Origin: Podarcis erhardii
Lineage: Eukaryota
Length of the DNA stretch: 64,000 nucleotides
NCBI GenBank assembly: GCA_964252035.1
Contig: CAXUOO010000189.1
Strand: one strand, 5' to 3'
Positions 39,135 through 64,000 of the stretch are shown one piece after another (position 1 is the stretch's first letter; every line of letters begins with the position of its first letter). The notes below the pieces were generated by a model that saw only the letters and a list, made by a program, of their open reading frames with translations, did no database searches and was not told the DNA's origin. The translations under genes were made by a program, and so were the position numbers.

Positions 39135-42100
39135 GAAGCCTACAACCGCTGTTTCAAAACCACAAATTCAAAGTATTTGCGCGGTTATTGAGGCGAAAGC
39201 AACAATACAGCACCAGAGTCCGGAAAAGTTTTTCTCCCTCGGGAAAAAAAAAACCCGCAAATTTATATCTGTTCCTGTTTGGAGCATCTGAGATAACATG
39301 TTGTTCATTTTTTAGCGGATAGTTACAGCGTGTGTGTTTCACACTCTTTCTATGTAACAGCTGAATCTTTTTCAACTCTACAAGCTGAAACGAAGATTCT
39401 CTCGATGACAAGATGTGTCTTCTTTTTCTGCTGTTGTCCGCGCTGCCATTGCTGCTGCTAGTTCCGCGATCGGGGTGGGATTACTTATGTCCGTTTTTAC
39501 TTCTGCTCGTGCAGCTGCAGTTGTCGTATATCTCAATCTTACTTCCTTGCTGATGCTGCTTTTGCCACAACGCCTTTGCGACGGAGTGCTCTTGCTTCAG
39601 TTTTGCGGACACTCTGGATGCTGCTGCAGTATAATCTGTTGTGCAAGGTGCTGGCCTTGGCGCAAGCAGCAGGCACACCTTTAGTTAGGAAAATCATTGA
39701 AGCATTATGGCACGGGGCGAAAAAGGTTTCAAAATGCATAAGTTACTTGCATACTTCTGGTGACTAAAAGACCTATAATAAAGACTTAAACACATTGGCG
39801 TCTGCATTCCTAAAATGACACGCAAGCGTAGAAAGCCAGTATGTTTCGAAAGACAGGCAGATATATTCAAAAGGAGAGAAGAAAAGTAGAAGAAGACGTC
39901 TTAGTGCTTTGTCAATATAGAATCGTTAACCTTAAAAAAGTGCAGGGGCGGGAGTCCAGAGCAAGAAAAAATAAACAATACTGAAGCCTGACTAGAGGCG
40001 CTGAACAAGAAAGGAAGAAAAAGCAAGTGAGGAGTTAGATGATTCAAGTTTAACAGAGGCAGAATGGATAAGAATGATATCAGAAAAGTAGAGAACAAAA
40101 AGGGCGGAAAAAAAAATGCTTCGTGCGAAAAGAAACAGTAAATCGGGGTTCAGGTATGCGCTCATCAGAGCTGCCTCTCCCTAATGCTTTCTCCTGCTTT
40201 GTTAAAGAAAAGGAAAATACATGTAAAGGAGCACTTGGCTGCAAGATTTGTTTGGCCGAAGAAGCAATGGGGCTGAGAAAACATGTACAGTGCCGCTTCA
40301 TTCACCCCTTCAATCTGGAAAAAAAAGGAAAAAATAAGGCTTAGGTAAGAGCGCTACTATGGAATTCTGGTTTATATTAGGCTTCACCTGCTTTCAGCGC
40401 TTTTATTCTCGCGAAACTTACGTAAGCCGTATACATTCATGTGTTGGCAGCATCACCCTCTAACAGATCGCGCACATAGTGGGAAAAAGCGAAGCCGTTA
40501 TGTGCTTTCATTTGCGTCCAGCAGTGGATGTGCTGTGTACCGACTTGACTCACTGACATTCATCTCGCATCAAGTCATATCAATGAACACCCTAGTCGTT
40601 GTTTGAGGAAGAGGAAGTATATATTAAGCAGAAAAAAAGTCGTGAATTTAAGCACAATTTGTTTGAAATGGTATAAATTCAAATACAGCTTCTTCACAGA
40701 AACCCACGCGCCTTTTTGGTTAGTACAAAACGCAAGCGAAGGAGAGCAAAGCCCCTTACCTTCACAAAAAAATTTGTAGAATGCGCAGCAGAATAAATTT
40801 TCAAGCAAAAGGGGTTTGACATGTGGAAATTACACTTAGAGAAATTCGTATATGTTAACTGAATCATTCAAGTACATTATGTTGCTATTAAAAACAAAGC
40901 TTTACAGCCTAGAAAGAAGGGATTCACTCTATGTCTACTGTGTTATGTAAGAACATTGCGTTGCTATGAAAGGGAAAGCTCTTTAGCGTAGGATGGAAAA
41001 GATTCATAAAAAATATATGCCTAACGATCGGCCGTATGTCAGTCGAGAAACTCCGTTGTCCATCCGAAATACCCAACATCTCAAATAAAAGGTTGATTCA
41101 TCCGACCCGATATTGAGACGGAAGATTAGTAAGAGACGTTTTCTAGCCAGGAAAGTCGACAAAGAAACAAACACCGACAAAAGAGGAAAGATTTTTCACA
41201 GAATACGTACACCCTTTGACTCTGGATACAACCAAAGCTGTAGGGGCAAGCTATTTCGTATCAGACGAGATATATTTGGAGGACAGAAAAGACACTGATG
41301 TTTGCCGGAACGCCACCTGTATAGCTCGAGACCAAGAAGATAAAGATACTGATCGCAACTAAGATAATCGGCGCTTGACTGGAACGAAATGTGAACGTGT
41401 GATGTGATGTGGAACTATGAGGGGGCTCTACACGCTTGGACTATTTTGCTTCTCTGCTGACTGGACCTTGGTTCTTCGGAAAAAAAAAGAGACTACACAC
41501 AACAGCAACATGGCGCACCCTTCGACAAGAGAAGTTGCTATGCTGAGACGTATGAACATCTAGCTGGCATTTTTTCTTCAGTGATTGCTGGTCGCTGTCT
41601 GAAGTGATTTTATTCAGACAATCTGACGCAGCGTATAGAATATATACAGCCGCACCCCGAATTACACTATGAGCTGATAACTTGTGCACCAAAATCAGAT
41701 GAAGAGAAAGAACATACAATCCAGGCATGGCACGTAAAGATGCACGTACTCAGCACACATAAGTATGTCCATAGAGTGAAAAATCGTGACCTGTACAATC
41801 TTCTTCCGCTTCAGAAAAAACCTTAGCGGAAGCATGAATCTAATTGGCGTACATAGGGTGGGAATCAGGTTCCTATTCGTCTTTTTTGCTGGAAGCGGTG
41901 CAACAAGAAGCGGCGCAAGAGAGAGAGAAAAAATGCCAAGTAGCGGATTGACCGTATGAGTGGAGAAAAGGTCGAAGTGTTGGTGGTCTTTAAGACCCTA
42001 AACAAATTTTGGAAAAGTGTGGTCAGATTCAAATAAACATTTCCCATTTTGCTTCATATACAATCGCCTATGTTTAAGTATATATATATGCATTGGCAAA

Positions 42101-45100
42101 TTATGCATACACAAGCAATCTGAAGGTGTACAAAATACACGTCAGATATTTTCCTACTCTTCTGGAAGGTACACTCAGTCAGGCCGCCTTTGATGTTTTA
42201 ATATTTAGTTTTTTGCGAAGTTCACACAGGTGCTTATATCTGTATATGAAAAAAAGTCTGAGAAGAAGGCACTGTGAAAATGTTTTCTTGTAGAGAGCTG
42301 TTGGGTATTTTGCTTGTGCAACTATGTACCATCACCAACTGGAAAGGTTCGGGGAGCCTGGATCTCGCTATGATGAGGAGATATGTTACAAAAGTTGCGC
42401 GTTCGCCAACGACTCCCCGCGTATGGGATGAAATTTGATAATGTGTCAGCGCGGCGCCATCTAACGCCAAAGAGTTAGACACTTTTGACTTGCTGCCTAA
42501 TCAGACATTACACACATGCTTATGTATATACGCAGCATCGCTTGAACGTAAGTTTAAAATTTTTAGTACTTTATAGAACGCTAACAACTGATGTAACTTT
42601 TGAAACCATTACTTCGAGCAAGACCAAATTGTGCGTCCAAAATCCTCTAATGGTAAGTTTTCCGACTAAATCGCGGAACAAAGAAGTGTAGCGCTTTCGT
42701 TGAATTTCCTCAAGCTAACGTTTCAGGATCGCCTCATGCGTAATCAGTTGGTCTGCCAGTGTGAACCAACGTGGACTTGAAAGAAAGCTGCAGGAGACGC
42801 ATAGAATTTGCAGCAGACCAGCAACGGCAGCGGCGAAAGTAGCAGCACATTGTAATACAGAATTTGCATCGTTACCATCTGCAGACTAACAAGAGCGAAG
42901 AGATGGCAAAGCAACTGCAGAAAGTTTGTCTGGTGCGACTCCTCGCAGGAAAGTTGGATGTGGGCAGCTTCTGATTTTGCAAAATTTTCGTTTCCACTTA
43001 CAAGCTGTTGTGATCGCTACAAGTTCTTGGCCCATTGTGCTAGCATACTGCCATTAACGCAGCAGCAACGGCTCTGACTATCTCATGTTGTTCTTGCTTG
43101 TAAACTGCTGCTGCTGCTGCTGCTTCGTTCCGTAGAAAGTCAGTAGATGTAATGAAAATCCATATTAGGTACCACAAGACGGGGATATGTGATGTTGTGT
43201 CAACCGGGACATGAGCAACAGCAAACCAGGAAACAGGAAGCCTGTGCTCGAGTCAGTAAACGAAGTCGATCGGGAACGCAAGTTTGGAAGTGGAGAAGTT
43301 CTAGATGTTTTCTATTCGCAGTGAATGAAGCTGTCTGGACTAACCTTTCGGGGATTGTGGTGAGTGAAACCATGATAGAACACATGTTAAATCTAGATGA
43401 CTCGAATGTCTACCTTCTTGGAAGTTGCATACTTTCTGATAACGTAGAGCGAGGACCTCGATGAAGTCAAGCGGCTGCACGTTAGCGACTGATCGAGGTA
43501 ATTGTTAAAAACAACTACAAGCAGAGAACATGATCCCGTAAGGAAGCTGCAGATTGACAGGTGCTGCAACATGGAGAATTGCATATAAAAACACGCTACC
43601 GCAGACGCGTACAAACCTTCACATAAACGCTAAGAAAAATAATGAACATTATATACACATGTATATATATTAATTTCTTTGCTGTATTATCGGAATCAGG
43701 GATATATATATATACGCACGTTTATATAAGATGAACTCATGTATATATAGATGAAACTACTTCTATAGTTTGTTCGTTTCATTTGTGGGCAGCGCAAGCT
43801 CTAAAAGTATTTGCAAACAACTGGGGAGAGTGCCGCGCTAGAAGAGCACTACCCCCTTGACGTCAAACACTAGCGGGCAAGAGCTACTTCGGTACTTTTC
43901 TTCCTCATTGTTTGAGGAATGTATTGAGTCGGACAGACGGTCCAGAGTTCTTCGCGTTCAGAGCATATTAGCATAATTCATAATCCTAATGCTGTAACGC
44001 ACAAGTAGTTAAAAGTGAGAGCTTGCAAATTTGTGCAAAGGCAAGCTTCAGCACTTGACCTCCATGCATGGTGAATGAGTTTCCTTAACGCACTAGATCA
44101 GTACGTCTTTCAGTGATTGTGCTGGAAACATGGATGACTTTTTTCAGAAAGTAAAGTCACCAATAACTACCTCTACATACATAGAGTTGCCACGCAGTAT
44201 TCCACTGTGATTTACAATACTTTATACTTCCAGCAATCTATATAGGTAAAAATTTCCACGTCTATAGACCCTCTCATCATACAGGTGGGGCAGCCGTAGA
44301 TCCTGCTACAGACGGTTTCTGCATTATTTTCCAGCGCTCTGACCTCTCTCCATTCAAACGACCTCCTCATTCACGAAACATCACATATCGCAGGGTTCTG
44401 AGTACCGCAAACATACGCCGCAGACGTATTGCACAAGTATGCAGTCCTTTATCTTCGATTTCAAAGAGCTTCTAATGCACCGTATATTGTCTTCCCTTTC
44501 CAGTCGCCAGGTGACTTTATTTCTCTGCGTCGTGCACGACACGCAGCTACTTGAAGGCTCTCTGTTTTCCCATGATTGTAAAGCTGCCCTCCGGTTGTCT
44601 CGTGAGCAATAACAAGACAAAAATAAAGAGATGGGACATCCTGGATATGCCGCTAAATAAACACACAACAGCCAGCAATACGCTTTTACTGCAAGAAATA
44701 TTCAAAGGAAGTATTAGTTTTTGCTTCGCTACGTTCGACTATCCATTTCAACAACCGGAAGACTTGTCGTTCCTCCTAATGCCGCGACCGCGGAGGCTTC
44801 CGCCAACTTTGCCGTTCGACTCCGTTTTGTGGACGGCACCTTGTAAGCTTCTTCGTCGTCAGAGACCATCAGTACCACTTTTCAGTATTTTGAACCGTCA
44901 ATACAATAAAAACGATTAGCTTTTTACGACCACATGCGCATGTGAGTCGCTTGAACGAGTTGTGGCGCCTGAAGCGCGGCCCTTCCGCGCTCGGTTCATC
45001 TCCCGTGGTAAGGCGCGGTGTTTGCTGTCGCATCGCCAAACGACTACACCTTCGATGCAACTAAAAATTTCACGGCTTTTTGTGCCTCTTCATCTTCTGA

Positions 45101-45241
45101 GTCACTGGTGTTTTCGACTCTATCATAACTGTGAATTTGAGAACTAAGTTTGCAGTGTCCTTTGGGCGTATCTGCCTTCTCGGTGCAAATGCACACTTAT
45201 ACCCCGCGCATGAATTTGGAAGTATTCTCTCAAAAAACTAA

Positions 45242-59575
<14,334 letters not shown>

Positions 59576-62500
59576 GTTCTCACACTTTATATACATATAT
59601 ATATAAGTTGTATACGTTTTTTCCAGTAGCAAGTATGCCTGTGTTGGCCACTGCGTACGTATGTGTGTGTCGACCCTACCAGAGTAATATCTCTAGTATA
59701 ACAGCGTCTTTCTCTTTCAACGCAAACATCTTCACTTTTTCACAAAAACAGCAAATGCTGCTGTTTTATGCTGTTTTAAGCCCTGCAGTCACATTCGCAG
59801 GTTGATGAACGGCGCGTGCCCGTATATCTGTATATATATATATATAGATATACCTATATACACCATTGGCAATTTCATCGTGTCTGCGGCCTGGAATCCA
59901 TGAAAAAGGCACCTAACTTCGATTACCACATATTGCTCAATCATGTATATATGCGTGCGCAGATATACATATATATATATATATACACACGTATCTGAGT
60001 GTATGTATATGTATGTTCGAAGATGTGCTTATCGATGTACATTTTAACGTATGGTTGTGCCAGAAACGGAAGTAGAGGCGTCTCAACACTAATTCCGTTT
60101 CTCAATTTTTCCTTACTTGCCTGTTTGCATGTGGACAACTCTACATATATGCATATAAGATATACGTATAAACTAATACATTTGAGGTTTATATGTGCTT
60201 TTGAAGAATACTGCACACATGCGTAGTAAATTTTTCAAAAATAGTTGCTTTCCATAACCCACGGCGGGTAGCTGAAAAAATTCAGATAGTAAAATCATGG
60301 CCTATGCTGTGGCCATGCAATAACAGAAGTGTAGCCTTTGTTGTCCAAGTTTGGTATTATTGGAGTAAACTCTTCGCAATACATACATTCTATTGGAACT
60401 GCGTAAGATACGCCTTTTTCAAGTCACAATACTAGGAATGTTCCCATTGTGCTCATTAAAAGGTCTACATGTTATACATTTGCTGTTTGCCCGTATATGT
60501 ACATATATATATATATACAATTTGCAGAATTTATATCTGTTCCTGTGAACTCCATATTATTTTCTTTTGTTAGAAGTAGAACACAAGATGGCTGCTATCT
60601 TGTCTGCTATTGATGCCGCACATGTATATATATATATATATATATATATATTACTTCATGCTCATACGGACTTTGTGGAGAAACGGCTGCTGATACTAGT
60701 AATCAGCGTACAATTTATAGTTGTTGAATGCCTAGTATTATACAGGCTGGTGGAGTTTGTGCTGATATTACTGAAATGAATGCTAAACGTATCACCAGAT
60801 AATCGTTAATACTGCACGCATCCACAATTAACGAGCTTCGCTAAAAAATAACCTGTATATATGTATATATATCTACAAATTTTTACATTATATGTATATA
60901 TTGTTGTTAGAACACATTCCAGTACACCTTAGCCGCTGCTAGGTAGCTACTGTAAATATCTTCATGAATGCTATACAAAGTACAAGCCGACTCAAGTGTC
61001 AACACCCCAATCCCGTATCTGTATAAAAAAAGCGTGCACGTATGTGTCTACAAATAAAGTTTATGGAGATCAATATGAACGCAAGAAATAATAATAATAA
61101 TTTACGAGTAGTTTCAGACACAATTTGGATATTCAAAAAATAATAGTTTTGAAAGCGCCGTTTTCTCATTAATTGGTTTTAAAAGCTATTAACGGGTGGT
61201 GCCGCTGCACCAAATATTGCTGATGCTGTTTATGCTGCTGTCTGCAGCATAAACAGCTTCAAAATTATCAAACCTTTAGTTTGATCCCATTTGTTTAGAA
61301 TAAACTGAAAAAATTTTTCAGAATAAGTCTTACACGTCGACATGCTCTGTGAGCGTAAATCCAAATGAGAAGGTGCACGTAGCTAAAAAAAACACCAGAA
61401 TCCAGGAGCATGAAAGTTCAACTGTTTAGATCCTAAAGCTTACTTCATTTTCTTGCAATATAGGCTTTGCGCGCACATATATATACACGTATACGCAAAT
61501 ACACATACGCAAGCATTAAGTACTAACGTAATTTTTTGTTGCACGTTGTACACGCATACAGATACTCTCAAATTTATACATATACGTATGATATGTGATT
61601 GGCGTTTTTCTACTTATACAGGTACATACGTATTTATGAATACGTGTATATGTGTTGACGAATGACAGATTTTTTACAGTCCTTTCATATATATAAATAT
61701 GTATGTATATTGTGAAAGACCGCATGTAAGCTCTGGAGATTCATTCCTAAATCAAATCACCTCATTTCTGCAGCTGCGAATGATGGAAGCATTGTCCGAG
61801 GAAAGAAATTGACGAGCACTGGCTCTCTTGCATGCGACATGCATAATTTTACTACTGCCGCAACCCTTGAAGCGAGATTTGTGCATATGTGCACGACATA
61901 CCTGCGGACTTGTACCAAATAATAATTGCATACAAAGACATATACGTTCACATATATTTGAATCTAAAAAAAAAGAGGATGAAAAAAAATTCCGTCTATG
62001 CGGCGTCGAGACCGCTGCATTTGCGTTCTAATCAAGAAGTTCGTGTAGCTGCAGCAGAAACAGCTGTCATCGCTTGAATTTGTTTGCTAAGTTCATAATT
62101 CACACACTTCCATTTTCAGTAGTAGCAACAGCAACAGCAGAGCCTTTTGCTTTTTTCCTTTCTTGCTGAAGACGGGAGGAAGAGCGTTGTGCCTCAGTCA
62201 CTGCATTTACCAGCTCTCCTCTTCTAGCCAGATGCCTATCAAATAGTCGTAACAAAGCAAGCAAACAAATGACGGCAAGCTGAACACAATTATGGTTAAT
62301 CAATATAGTTACAGTTTTTTATATATATAGAGAGAGAGATATACGTATATGTATACGTTTTATACGTGTGGAGTTCATGCAAAATGGTTTTTAGTAGAAT
62401 TTCATTATCGCATGAAATCAGCAATTTATATGCTACTACAGCTACGATTGCTATTGGAAGGACAAGAAACCACGTATATTTATGTATGTATATATATATA

Positions 62501-63279
62501 TATATATTTGAGGTAGATGCATACACAGCAGAACTCTGTGTGAAGAGCTGTAGTGCGTCATACGCGAGAGGACATCGTATATAAGCTAATACATTGAGTA
62601 TACCTAAAGAAGCCGTTTGTGCATGCGAAATACAAGTCAATTCTATTTCATCATTTGCAGTTTAACACCAAGAGACGTTGTTCGCTTCACGAAAAAAGAC
62701 TGGATAGAGCATGCAAAGAATAAGTGGATAAATCCTATGTGTAGCAAACTGTGACTCACATTCACATATACATAAAGAAATACATATATATATATATATA
62801 CGTATATATACGTATATATACGCATGTGTACGTTTGGGGATTTGCTTGTGAGCACATCCTACATATGCATGATGAACATACATATGAAAGTACATCAAAT
62901 AGTGTGCATAAGTCTACGTGTAACTGTATGCATTATAGAAATTTATTCTTACCGCAGTATGCAGAGAATAAAGGGAACAAAGTCGTGGCGACGCCGGACA
63001 TTTTCTTTATGCCATCTCTGCAGCAGCAAATGGACCATTCTACGCTCAGTTGGTGCATGCAACTGTTCACGCTCAATTGAAACACAAGTATCTACACATA
63101 TACGTACATACCTATATGCGCGCCTTAAAATCCATATGGATGTTCACGCAAGAGGCTGAATACGCACTTTTCACATTTTTGCAGACGCACTTTCACCCAC
63201 CAACTTTAACAAAGAATACATATATATATATATACTTTATTGTCTAGATAATTCGTAGATACCGATGAATACACATTAC

Positions 63280-63311
<32 letters not shown>

Positions 63312-64000
63312 GTAATCAGTGCCCATATGTTCGTTCGACAAGCACACATACGCACATGTAAGATTCAACGCATGTGAAATCAATTATATGTATGTTTGAT
63401 TACAATCGACAGAAGAATTTGTATAGCTGCAAGTTTTGCGCAAAGCCTACCTATGGAATACATAGATATACATATAGACATATATAATTGAAAAAATTTA
63501 GACATAGTCTGGTACAAACATGATATACGTACACATCTTCATATATACGCACCATTTCGGCTCAGAAACTACATCTATATGTATATAATAAAGTTGACAG
63601 AACAAGGACGTTTCCTCAACGACGTTGTATTCGTACTGTTTGATGTTGATCACAGTCATCAATAATACTGTTTGGCCTTCCGTACTTGCACATGTAAATT
63701 GAAGTAAATACATTTATATACATATATATATTAACATCCAGATGCATAGCTTTGCATTACCTCAGTTCACATTACACTCAACACTGATGCGCGTAATATT
63801 ACGTATATGTATACAATTCTGGTATTTCAAAATTCGTGGAAATATATGCTGATATGCAATTGCAGCTAAACTCTATAAAATGTAGAATCAGATTGGTGCA
63901 CAGACATTATCACATAAACTATCTTGATATAATATGGTAGCCGTGCATAGTTATTCATACATATTTCTAGGGCTGTATCTGTTACCTCGCTTTCTTGTTG

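Noticed and set aside
39800-45000. Possible LTR/chromovirus retrotransposon remnant
   Set aside because: No reverse transcriptase, integrase or protease motifs and no terminal repeats were recognised.
60000-64000. Scattered exon-like segments at the right end
   Set aside because: No coherent model or recognisable protein could be built.

Overview
Eukaryotic, intron-rich genomic DNA. Dense CAG-family triplet repeats, TGCATGCA octamers and (TA)n tracts in introns point to an Eimeria-like coccidian (Apicomplexa); this is inferred from sequence style only. Four genes were reconstructed by hand from motifs and phase-consistent splice sites. (1) A minus-strand alpha/beta-hydrolase-like gene (YheT/ABHD1-3 type; about 7362 to 799, continuing leftwards) whose catalytic motifs look degenerate. 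(2) A large plus-strand locus (about 14.9-27.1 kb) in which a TrhO/YceA-type rhodanese tRNA U34 hydroxylase appears to be spliced in frame to a cation-dependent SAM O-methyltransferase (CCoAOMT/TrmR type). This suggests a single-polypeptide ho5U-to-mo5U tRNA wobble pathway, possibly organellar, and is the most interesting signal here. (3) A minus-strand GEX1/KAR5/Brambleberry nuclear-fusion gene (39134 to about 33384). (4) A 14-exon divergent RBBP4/7 (RbAp48/MSI1) WD40 gene (45443-59575) with a probable GC-AG intron. There are also several coding and non-coding minisatellites, and several frame breaks that are probably assembly indels. No tRNA, rRNA, CRISPR array or recognisable mobile element was found.
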